Source: an uncultured Campylobacter sp.
GTDB taxonomy: Bacteria; Campylobacterota; Campylobacteria; Campylobacterales; Campylobacteraceae
Assembly (NCBI RefSeq): GCF_938017775.1
Contig: NZ_CALIIU010000022.1
Location: forward strand, 2,683-66,682
DNA: 64,000 bases
Reading direction: 5' to 3'
The notes under the pieces were generated by a model. It was not told the DNA's origin and did not search any database. It worked only from the letters and a program-made list of their open reading frames with translations. Positions 39,507-48,049 of the stretch are shown here, one piece after another. Position numbers and translations under genes: made by a program. The number at the start of each line of letters is the position of its first letter. Position 1 is the stretch's first letter.

Positions 39507-39875
39507 TTTTATCCTTTTTTTAAAATTTTAATTCATTTGCGCCGCGATCTTTGTGGCTTTTGCGAGCTTTTGATACGCATACGGCTTCGCGTAAATTTAA
39601 AGCGCGCAAGGCGCACGATAAAATTTAATCGGCGTAGATTATCGCGGCGATCGTGCGTAAATTTAAGCCGCTCGAAAAGATGCTCGCGGTTAAATTTAAA
39701 CGGCACGCAGACGGTGCGGATCATGCGCGGCAGAAGCGATGAAATTTAGCCGAATTTTGCAGCGCGTTTTTGAAAAACCTGCGTCAAATCAATGCTAAAT
39801 TTGGCGCAAATTTTAAAATTCTACGCGCTAAATTTAACTAGCCGTGCAAAGCTGCCGTTATATTTCAAAGCGCGC

Positions 39876-40463
39876 TTAGCCGCCGAAAAATCCGCCGCTC
39901 TTGCCGCTCTTGCTTCCGCCGAAAAACCCGCTCTTGCCGCTTCGCGCCTTGGCGTTTTGCTGCTTTGCTTGATTGAAGCTATCGACGCTTCTAGAATATG
40001 CGCTCGGGCTTTTGTAGGCGGTTTGGCGCTGGCTTTGATAGGCGGGGTTGTTAAACAGCTTGCCACCGATCCACGAGCCGATGATGGCGCCCGCGGCGCT
40101 TGCCAAGATCGCTTCGCCCAGGCTCATGCCGCCGCTGCTAAGCTGCGCGTTTTGGTTCGTTAAATTTGAAGTGCCGGCGTCGATTTTAGCGTTTTCTTCG
40201 GCTAGAAGGGCTTTAGTCTCCTCATCGCTTAAAATTCTCTCCGTGCCGTCGAGCGATTTTAGGATGATCTGGGTTTTTTCGCTCGGAAATTCCTCTAAAA
40301 TTTTATATTTTCCCGGCGCGACCTCTTCGAGCCGCACGAGCGCGCCCTCTTGTAGGCGGACGTTTTGCTCCTGCCCCCTATCGTCGCAGCCCGCTAACGA
40401 GCCTGCCATAACGAGCCCGAAGCCGCTTACCAACGCATAGCTAGCGATTTTGCGTAGTTTCAT
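39876..40463 (-). CDS. UPF0323 family lipoprotein
   Basis: Lipobox LAGC; ILASAAGAIIGSWIG; KSGFFGG tail; sits next to the Gsp synthase gene as in other Campylobacter. Confidence 0.85.
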   Translation of the reverse strand: MKLRKIASYALVSGFGLVMAGSLAGCDDRGQEQNVRLQEGALVRLEEVAPGKYKILEEFPSEKTQIILKSLDGTERILSDEETKALLAEENAKIDAGTSNLTNQNAQLSSGGMSLGEAILASAAGAIIGSWIGGKLFNNPAYQSQRQTAYKSPSAYSRSVDSFNQAKQQNAKARSGKSGFFGGSKSGKSGGFFGG

Positions 40464-41095
40464 TTGGATCCTTTCAGTGATTTTATATCTAGGCTTTGAT
40501 TTATCAAAAGCTCGTTTCCCTCGACGCGGATAAACTCGCTCTTGCCGATGTTTTCGATGATTAGGCTTTGCGCTTTGAGGCGCTTTTTGCGTTTGAGCGA
40601 TTTTACGAATTTTGCAAGGCTCGTCCATTCGCTACGATCGAAGGTTTTTTCTTTGATTTCGACATCGTAGGGTTTGGCTTCGCGGCTTTTGCTCGAAAGC
40701 AGCGGTTTATCGAAAAATGACAAAAAATACCTGAGCTTCTCGTCGCGCTCCTTATACATCAGCTTGATTTCATCTTTTGAGGCGATTAAAATTTCCTCTT
40801 TTTCTTTGTGAAGTCTGTCCTTATCGCTTTGCAGCGCTTCGATTTTACCTTTTAGCTCGGAGATTTCTTTGATGAGATAGTCGATGAAGCTTTGAGTGCC
40901 AGCTGTGCCGCCAGTACGCGTGCTTTTTGCAGAGCTTTGCGAAGCGGGCTCGCTTTGCATTTCATCATCTAAAAGCACGTAGCGCACGCCGCTGCTTTCC
41001 TCGGCACGCAAGGAATTTCTACGGATGCGGTTGTAGACGGCTTCTTTTGAAATTCCTAAAATTTCGGCTGCTTCGCCGATCGAGACTTTTTTCAT
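40460..41095 (-). CDS. HTH DNA-binding protein with coiled coil
   Basis: SIGEAAEILGISKEAVYNRIRR. Confidence 0.8.
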   Translation of the reverse strand: MKKVSIGEAAEILGISKEAVYNRIRRNSLRAEESSGVRYVLLDDEMQSEPASQSSAKSTRTGGTAGTQSFIDYLIKEISELKGKIEALQSDKDRLHKEKEEILIASKDEIKLMYKERDEKLRYFLSFFDKPLLSSKSREAKPYDVEIKEKTFDRSEWTSLAKFVKSLKRKKRLKAQSLIIENIGKSEFIRVEGNELLINQSLDIKSLKGSK

Positions 41096-41373
41096 ACAAA
41101 GATGCCTTTTAGCGTTTTAGGTAATTATTGCTAAATTTGCCTAAAATAGGCATTAAACGCTTCGTTTACAAAGATAGATTCCGCCTTGCCGCAGCCGGCG
41201 CGCGATAAAATTCCGCTCGCTTGCGCCCGCACGATATAAAATTTCGCTTCGCTTGCAAAGCCGCGTAAAATTATTTTTTGCTAAGCTTTTAGAATTTTAG
41301 CCTAATAATGTTGCTTAATTAAGTATATTTTTTATACACTTACAAAAAATTTTAGTATTTCAAAGGAGGCGAA

Positions 41374-41997
41374 ATGCCCGAATCGCCTAAATATAAAAAA
41401 TCCGAAATTCGCTGCAAGCTCATTTTAGACGCGGCGCTGGAGCTGTTTTTAGCCAAAGGTTACGAGGCTACGAGCTTAAGCGATATTATCGAGCTTAGCG
41501 GCGGCTCGCTATCGTCGGTTTATAAGTATTTTGATAACAAAGAAAGCCTATTTTTGCGCATCATCGAACTGCAAAGCAAAAAGCTTGATGAGCGAATGAA
41601 CGAGCGCATGCGAATCAACAAAGACCTAAAATTGCGTGAGTATCTACAGGAGTTTGCAGGGATTTATCTGGAGTTTCTTTTCGCTCCGGAAGCGATAAAA
41701 TTCTACCGACTGATACTTTTCAGCGGCTTTAACGGAGCACTTAGCGAGAGCCCAAAAATCTTTTTAAAAAGCGGCGTACTAGGTTCGCCGAATGCGCTGG
41801 ATGAGTATTTGGCGGCGCATGCGGACGAGTTTGCGCCCGGACGCACGGCAAAAAGCCTGGCGCTATATTTTTGCTTTTTACTTAGAGAGCCGCATTTTAG
41901 CAGGCTGCTATTTTTCGACGAAAAGCTAAATTTTAAAGCGAGCGAGCTAATCAAGGACCGCATCGATATGTTTTTGCTCGGCGTAAAAAAGCGCTAA
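41374..41997 (+). CDS. TetR/AcrR family regulator (CmeR-like N-terminus)
   Basis: ALELFLAKGYEATSLSDIIELSGGSLSSVYKYFDNKESLF. Confidence 0.92.
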   Translation: MPESPKYKKSEIRCKLILDAALELFLAKGYEATSLSDIIELSGGSLSSVYKYFDNKESLFLRIIELQSKKLDERMNERMRINKDLKLREYLQEFAGIYLEFLFAPEAIKFYRLILFSGFNGALSESPKIFLKSGVLGSPNALDEYLAAHADEFAPGRTAKSLALYFCFLLREPHFSRLLFFDEKLNFKASELIKDRIDMFLLGVKKR

Positions 41998-41999
41998 TG

Positions 42000-42032
42000 G
42001 CGGAATTTTACGGCGTAAATTCCGCGTTTTTT
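42000..42032 (+). terminator. Probable intrinsic terminator
   Basis: GCGGAATTT...AAATTCCGC hairpin followed by T6, directly after the TetR stop. Confidence 0.6.
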
Positions 42033-42332
42033 GCACCTTTAAATTTTATGAGCGGTTTGGGACTTGGATTTTGTAGCTTGGATTCTATCCGTTACCAAGC
42101 GCTATAAAATGCCACGTATCCCGCGCTTAAAATTTTAATTCTATTGATGCAAAATTTTTGAAACGATTAGAGCTGAAATTTTTATTTTCCGTATTAAATT
42201 CCGTGCCGTAGTTAGAATTTTGCCGTTAAATTTCGCGCCTCTTGTCTGCGCCTTTAAATTTGTGCCACTCAGATTTTAAATTTAATAAAACCTCTTATAA
42301 TCCCGCGAAATTTCAGATCAAAAGGATAAAAA

Positions 42333-43673
42333 ATGGATTATGATATCATCGTAATAGGCTTTGGCAAAGCAGGCAAAACCCTTGCCGCAAAATCCGCCGC
42401 ACTGGGCAAAAAGGTCGCTCTCATCGAGCGCTCGCCGCAGATGTACGGCGGCACCTGCATCAACGTAGGCTGCATCCCGACCAAGCGGCTAGTTACGGCG
42501 AGCAAGGAAGCAGGCTTCGTAAATTTCAGCGTGCTCGGAGAGTATTTCGTGCTGAGCATGCAGAAAAAGGACGAGCTCGTAGAGGCGCTGAGGGCGAAAA
42601 ATTTAGCCATGCTAAAGGGAAGCCCAAATATCGACGTAATCGACGGCGAGGGCTCTTTTGCGAGCGCCAATTCCGTGCGCGTGCTAAGTCCTGACGGACA
42701 AACGCGTGAAATTTCGGCAGAAACGATCGTCGTAAATACGGGCTCGAGGGAGGTCGAGCCTAGCTTTGAGGTAAGCTCGCAGATCGCTTATAGTAGCGAA
42801 AAAATTTTAAATTTAAAGATCCTCCCGAAGCATCTAGTAATCGTCGGCGGCGGATTTATCGGGCTTGAGTTTGCCTCGATGTTTGCGGGATTTGGCTCGA
42901 AAGTTAGCGTGCTTATGCGATCGAAATTTATGAAAAACGAGGATGAGGACGTGGCCGCCAGCGTCAAATCCGCTCTGCAGACCCAAGGCGTAGAGATTAT
43001 CGAGGGCTGCGAGTTTTTGAGCTTAAAGGGCGGGGAGCTAAAATTTAACCTCGCGGGCGAGAGCGAAACGATCGCGGCGGATGCGTTTTTATACGCCCTT
43101 GGGCGTCGCGCGAATACGAATGAGCTAAATTTAGCCGCTGCGGGGGTGCAGACGGACGCGCACGGCAATATCATCACGAATGAGCATCTGCAAAGCTCGG
43201 CTGCTGGCATCTACGCAGCAGGCGACGTGCGCGGCGGCGAGATGTTTACCTACACGAGCCTGGATGATTTTAGAATCATTTTTAGCGCGCTTTTCGGAGA
43301 CGGCGCGCGCACTACGAAAAACCGCGCACCGCATGCAAGCGTTCTGTTTACCCGCACGCCGCTAGCTCGCATCGGTCTTAGCGAACGCAAAGCAAGAGCG
43401 AGCGGACGCGAAATCAAGGTGTTGAAGCTTTCAATGGCGGCGGTGCCCGGCGCCAAGGTCGTAGCGCACGACGAGGGAATGATGAAAGCGGTCGTGGATG
43501 CGGCTAGCGGCGAAATTTTAGGCGCGGCGCTTCACTGCGTAAACGCACACGAGATCGTTAATGAGCTGGCGATCGCCATGGCACTGGGCGCGAAGGCGGA
43601 CTTCTTCAAAAATCAAATTTTTACGCATCCTAGCATCAGCGAGGCGCTGAACGATCTTTTCGGGCAGTTTTGA
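42333..43673 (+). CDS. Pyridine nucleotide-disulfide oxidoreductase, RclA/YkgC-like
   Basis: GFGKAG, MYGGTCINVGCIPTK, GGGFIGLEFA, FTYTSLDDFRI, FTHPSISEALNDLF. Confidence 0.9.
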   Translation: MDYDIIVIGFGKAGKTLAAKSAALGKKVALIERSPQMYGGTCINVGCIPTKRLVTASKEAGFVNFSVLGEYFVLSMQKKDELVEALRAKNLAMLKGSPNIDVIDGEGSFASANSVRVLSPDGQTREISAETIVVNTGSREVEPSFEVSSQIAYSSEKILNLKILPKHLVIVGGGFIGLEFASMFAGFGSKVSVLMRSKFMKNEDEDVAASVKSALQTQGVEIIEGCEFLSLKGGELKFNLAGESETIAADAFLYALGRRANTNELNLAAAGVQTDAHGNIITNEHLQSSAAGIYAAGDVRGGEMFTYTSLDDFRIIFSALFGDGARTTKNRAPHASVLFTRTPLARIGLSERKARASGREIKVLKLSMAAVPGAKVVAHDEGMMKAVVDAASGEILGAALHCVNAHEIVNELAIAMALGAKADFFKNQIFTHPSISEALNDLFGQF

Positions 43674-43876
43674 GCTTTTAAACCTTTTTGCGTTTAAAGC
43701 TTTGATAGCAAGCGGCGCTCGGGTTTGGCGATGTCCGGGCGCCCCAGCGCAAATCGATCGTGAAATTTAATACGCCGGAGCGAGTTAAATTTAGACTGGG
43801 TTAAATAATTTTAGCCCTTGCCGCCCGCGTCTTTCTTGGCTACCAAAGTTGGCTATAAAAGAAATGATTGAAATAG

Positions 43877-44446
43877 TTAATTGATAAAATATTCGCGTTT
43901 AGGAATAGCAAGATTACAATCTATTTGGCACTCGGTAAGAGTATGCGGATAAAATTTCTTCTCGCAGTTTATACAGGCAAAAACGATTTCGTCCGTCGCT
44001 TCGTTTAACATAACTCTGTAATCGCTAGGCGACCATTGCGGGCATTCGCACGCCAAGTCCAAATCCACGCTAACTACCAAGCTATCAAATACAATCGAGT
44101 TTAATTCCTCGTAGGCTAGTCTTAAGCTCTTTTGATCTTTCAATGCTCTAATTTTATTTATCAAGCGGTATTTGTCCGATTTGATGATCTTTACGCCAAA
44201 GAGATCCTTCGCTTTTCCGTCGCCGTAAATCGATAGCTCGGTCGGATAATCTTTAAAATTTAACTTTAAAAGTTCGTCTAAACCACAGCCGTCGTATTCT
44301 TTCATAAGAAACAAAATTTTATTTTCCATAAACCATGCCGCTATGCAATAGCATATTTGCTCGGGATTAAAAGGATGTAGATTTAAAATTCTATTTTCTA
44401 ACGATAAACACAAATTTCTAATTTTGGGCTGCATTGTTTTATCCAT
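43877..44446 (-). CDS. Hypothetical AT-rich protein with Cys-rich C-terminus
   Basis: 189-aa ORF; CECP...CINC. Confidence 0.7.
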   Translation of the reverse strand: MDKTMQPKIRNLCLSLENRILNLHPFNPEQICYCIAAWFMENKILFLMKEYDGCGLDELLKLNFKDYPTELSIYGDGKAKDLFGVKIIKSDKYRLINKIRALKDQKSLRLAYEELNSIVFDSLVVSVDLDLACECPQWSPSDYRVMLNEATDEIVFACINCEKKFYPHTLTECQIDCNLAIPKREYFIN

Positions 44447-44465
44447 TTAACGGCTAAATTTTAGA

Positions 44466-45194
44466 TTATACTATCTCTACCGATATTTGAGCGTCGATTT
44501 TGCCGCCATTTTCTTTTAAAATTTCAGGAAACCCCAATTTTATAATCTGCTCTTCGGAGAGGCTATAAGAATAGTGGATATTTGACTCTATGCTCAGCGG
44601 AGCGACTATTTTTGCAACTTCGCTAAAAGGCAGCTTAACGTCCAATAACGCCACGTAAAAGGCTTCCGTATCGCTATCAAAGACATTTATATAGCAGCCT
44701 TTTATATTTTTATCGCCACTATTTGGAGCTTTGATTATTCTTTCATGGCCGGCAGAGGAACCAAAGAAGTATGAAAAACCGGGCTTAACCATATCAAGGT
44801 ATCCAAAAGATCTCATCTGCTCTATGTTTAAGCTATAGCCATATACATAATAAGGATCGTCTGCATCCGATTTTACAATTTGTTTTATGTCTTCCAAATC
44901 AAGATCTATTTGCCGCGAATCGGCGTAGCTCTCATCGATACCGAAAGATGTTATATCATAATATGTCTTATAATACATATCGCGTATATGAAATTTAATT
45001 CGCTTATCGCTTAAAAGCTTTGGATCTATTTTTAGACCGAGTTTTTGCGCGTCCGATTTCGCAATCGATTCGGGCTCGAATATAAATTCTTTTCCAAAAC
45101 GACCGCTTTGCCCTTTTGGAATTTTAAGTCCATACAGTTCTCGTCCATCTCTTACCGGAAAAAGATAACGGAAAATACCTTTTACGCTTTTCAT
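44466..45194 (-). CDS. Hypothetical AT-rich protein with two similar internal domains (immunity-like)
   Basis: AAGGA RBS; LEDIKQIV..DDPYYVYGYSLNIEQ echoed by FSEVAKIV..NIHYSYSLSEEQ. Confidence 0.7.
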   Translation of the reverse strand: MKSVKGIFRYLFPVRDGRELYGLKIPKGQSGRFGKEFIFEPESIAKSDAQKLGLKIDPKLLSDKRIKFHIRDMYYKTYYDITSFGIDESYADSRQIDLDLEDIKQIVKSDADDPYYVYGYSLNIEQMRSFGYLDMVKPGFSYFFGSSAGHERIIKAPNSGDKNIKGCYINVFDSDTEAFYVALLDVKLPFSEVAKIVAPLSIESNIHYSYSLSEEQIIKLGFPEILKENGGKIDAQISVEIV

Positions 45195-45315
45195 TTTTGA
45201 ATCCTTCTTATTTTATTTGCTTTCTCAACCCGCTTTAAATTTACGTTATGCTCGCTTGGATACTCTGCACGTATTGAAATTTTAAAATCCGCGCTAAGTA
45301 TCTTTCGCCCGACGG

Positions 45316-45642
45316 CTAGTACTTTCTTTTTGCTATGTCATCTTTCTTTACGAAATACTCCGTTTCGTCGCAGGGATAGTAAATTTTACACCATTCGCCT
45401 TCGCAGGATTGGATAGGGATGACTATCTCATCATAATAAGCAAATTCCTCTTTATCTTCATAGAAAATTTTACGAATAACGCCATCTTTAAATTTATATA
45501 TAATTTTTTGATCTATTTTTTCGCCGCATTCGCCGTAAAAGGCACCGTCTTCGTGTTTTGCAAAAGTGATTTTATGCCCTAAAATCGTAGGGCTGCACCC
45601 ATATAGGCATAACGCGACAAAAGATATAACAAAATTTCTCAT
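45316..45642 (-). CDS. Hypothetical lipoprotein, SH3-like C-terminus
   Basis: Lipobox LYGC; CEGEWCKIYY...YFVKK; AGGAG RBS. Confidence 0.75.
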   Translation of the reverse strand: MRNFVISFVALCLYGCSPTILGHKITFAKHEDGAFYGECGEKIDQKIIYKFKDGVIRKIFYEDKEEFAYYDEIVIPIQSCEGEWCKIYYPCDETEYFVKKDDIAKRKY

Positions 45643-45859
45643 CTCTCCTCCTACTTGAAATGCGCCCTATCTTTTATTTGGATATATTAGGCTATTAAAT
45701 ACCGCTGTAGAAATTATGGCTGATACTAATGTCAAAATTTTCATCTTATTTTCGCCCCCTTTGTCGGAATTCTATTTATAACGTCTTATAATATTCCTTG
45801 CAAATACATACGTAATTTTAAAATTTTATACCTTAAGACTGCGCCTATCTTTTAAAATT

Positions 45860-46026
45860 TTATTCCTCATCGCGCTGATTTTGCACCCTCTTTAGCCACT
45901 TTTTTTCAAATTTATAATATTTCTCAAGCTTTTTATTCTTTTCTATTTGATCCGATTTTTCTATCTCGGCATAATCTTGCAGTTCGCCTCCGCATTTAGA
46001 GCAAATACTCTTATCTTTAATGCCTA
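45860..46026 (-). pseudogene. C-terminal remnant of the zinc-ribbon membrane protein family
   Basis: Reads GIKDKSICSKCGGELQDYAEIEKSDQIEKNKKLEKYYKFEKKWLKRVQNQRDEE*; 125/137 bp identical to 7352-7488. Confidence 0.85.
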
Positions 46027-46354
46027 AGAAATTTACTCATATTTCTGAAATTTTACCGTAATTCTCCTGTAAAATTTTACTTAAATTTGGCTTCAGTCGT
46101 TTAAAATTTTATCTCTTTAAAATTTAAATTTCAACTGTCGCCTGGCGTTTTAAATTTCGCCGTTTTTAAATGTACACCTCAAACGCCGCTTTAAAATTTA
46201 TGCAGATGCAAGCAGGCGAGGAGCCGCCGCGATAAATTTAAAGTCAAATTTTATTTTTAGCTATCTTTCAATTTGTTTCTTATCTTTGGTGTATCAAAAT
46301 CCCGCTCCGTTTCATTCGTAAATTTAAAACGTATATTAAAAACAAGCAGAGCCG

Positions 46355-46614
46355 ATGAGCGAAAGAAATTTACAAATTTTAGGTTAGGGGGGGGCACATG
46401 CCTGTCGGTCATAACGCATGTATCCTATGTGCCGAGCATAATGGCAAATTTAGACGGCAACAAAGTCCCGTTTCTCCAGCCGCTCGCAGCCGCGAGAAAC
46501 TGCACGATATAGCTTAGCTACGACTTGCTAAAGCCCAAAAAGGACTATCCGCTCGCCGCAGCAAATTTCCCAGGGATCATCTTTGGGCTATTAACCGCAA
46601 TAACGGCGCTTTAA
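46355..46614 (+). pseudogene. SemiSWEET/PQ-loop transporter pseudogene
   Basis: MSERNLQILG*, G8 frameshift, GTCLSVITHVSYVPSIMANLDGNKVPFLQPLAAARNCTI*LSYDLLKPKKDYPLAAANFPGIIFGLLTAITAL*. Confidence 0.8.
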
Positions 46615-46913
46615 ACCGCGCCTTTAGCGGCTTGATAAATTTCAAAATCGCCCGCGCCATACTTCTGCATGCCGCATCCGCAACGTTTTTTAGTCGCCCA
46701 CTGCTACTACGTTGTAACTGCTCGCTAGTTGTCACGCCGAGCCTGAGCTAGCTTGCCACAAGCGCGCCCACGCCTTACAAACCTATTGCGGCACGGCTTT
46801 GAAATTTTGCAAAATCGCCCGCTCCGCATTCAAATCTAACGAATTTAAATAACTTTTATACAAAATTTGATAAGCTTATTTCGATTAAAATTTTATCTTT
46901 AAAAGGACGAAAA

Positions 46914-47759
46914 ATGAAAAAGGTCATCACTTGCGTCGATCAAAATGCGCTTGCCCCGGCGGTTAGAGATTACGGAATTTACGTCGCTAAAACCTTGGGT
47001 GCCGAGCTCGTGTTTATTCACGTGGTTGAAATCCCGGAGCTTGGCGAGAATTTTTATGGGCTAGCCGCAGGCGGAATCGTCCTAGGAGAGAATGATATCC
47101 TTGCAAATAGCTACGGAAGTCCCACACTAGGCGGCGTGGATGCGGAGAAAGACCACGAAGAAGCCGAAGCGATGCTGGATGAATATATCTGCGCTGCGAC
47201 TACTGCGGGCGTAAAGGCGAGTAAGATCATTAAAGATGGCGATTTTATCGACGTTATCGCTGAGTACAAGGACGAAGCTGAAATTTTTGTACTCGGTATC
47301 AAGGGCTCAAATAACGAGGACGTAGGCTTTAACGCAAGCGTGCTGATAAAGGAGCTTCACGTGCCGTCGCTGCTCGTGAATAAGGAATTTTCACCGATTA
47401 ACTCCGTGCTCATCGCGTTTGACGGCACTGACGCGGCGAAACGCACGCTTGAGTTTATAAAGAGTTCAAAGCTTCTTGCGAGCGCACATAAGCATGTCTT
47501 GCACATCAATGCGGGTGCCGCAGAGGGTGAGCGGATGCTGGATCTAGCGCGCGAAATTTTAGGCACTCAAAACGCCACTTTCAAATTCATCCAAGCCGAA
47601 GTGCCCGCCGATGAGATCATCAAATATCGCCGCGCCAATAACCTCGATCTGATCGCTACCGGTGCCTTTACGAAGGGCTTTTTCAAAAAGCTCTTTTTAG
47701 GCAGCGTCTCCGAGGACATCTTGCACAATGCGCTTGTACCGGTGCTAGTGCTATCATAA
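46914..47759 (+). CDS. Universal stress protein (tandem USP domains)
   Basis: LVFIHV, VLIAFDG, DLIATGA...LFLGSVSEDILHNALVPVLV. Confidence 0.93.
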   Translation: MKKVITCVDQNALAPAVRDYGIYVAKTLGAELVFIHVVEIPELGENFYGLAAGGIVLGENDILANSYGSPTLGGVDAEKDHEEAEAMLDEYICAATTAGVKASKIIKDGDFIDVIAEYKDEAEIFVLGIKGSNNEDVGFNASVLIKELHVPSLLVNKEFSPINSVLIAFDGTDAAKRTLEFIKSSKLLASAHKHVLHINAGAAEGERMLDLAREILGTQNATFKFIQAEVPADEIIKYRRANNLDLIATGAFTKGFFKKLFLGSVSEDILHNALVPVLVLS

Positions 47760-47785
47760 TCGCAAGACCAAACGCCGATAAACGC

Positions 47786-47826
47786 TAAATTCCGTCGCTT
47801 ACGTTATTTTAAAGCGGCGGAATTTT
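47786..47826 (+). terminator. Hairpin/probable terminator after the USP gene
   Basis: AAATTCCGTCGCTT pairs with AAGCGGCGGAATTT. Confidence 0.55.
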
Positions 47827-48016
47827 AAATTTTTAAATCCTTTGTTTTTCAAATTCATATACTTTTTAAAATTTATATAAATTTTGCTTAAAAATTCGTC
47901 AATATATCTTATTAAATTCCGTTAAATTAGTAATTGCATATAAAATTTTATGATTTAGTTTATTAAAAATTTTATTATTATTTAAGAGGAATTGTAAGAT
48001 AATCCCGCCAGTAAAT

Positions 48017-48031
48017 TGATATAGATTATAA
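48017..48031 (+). promoter_or_regulatory. Fur-box-like sequence
   Basis: TGATATAGATTATAA just upstream of the siderophore receptor RBS. Confidence 0.4.
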
Positions 48032-48049
48032 AATCTAAAAAGGATTTTT

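Noticed and set aside
40464..40628. N-terminal extension of the UPF0323 ORF
   Set aside because: Overlaps the upstream HTH gene; the signal peptide and lipobox start at MKLRK (40463)
46385..46512. TAG recoding as Trp in the SemiSWEET gene
   Set aside because: The gene also has a frameshift and other substitutions, and TAG ends normal genes here (cdsA, dnaA)
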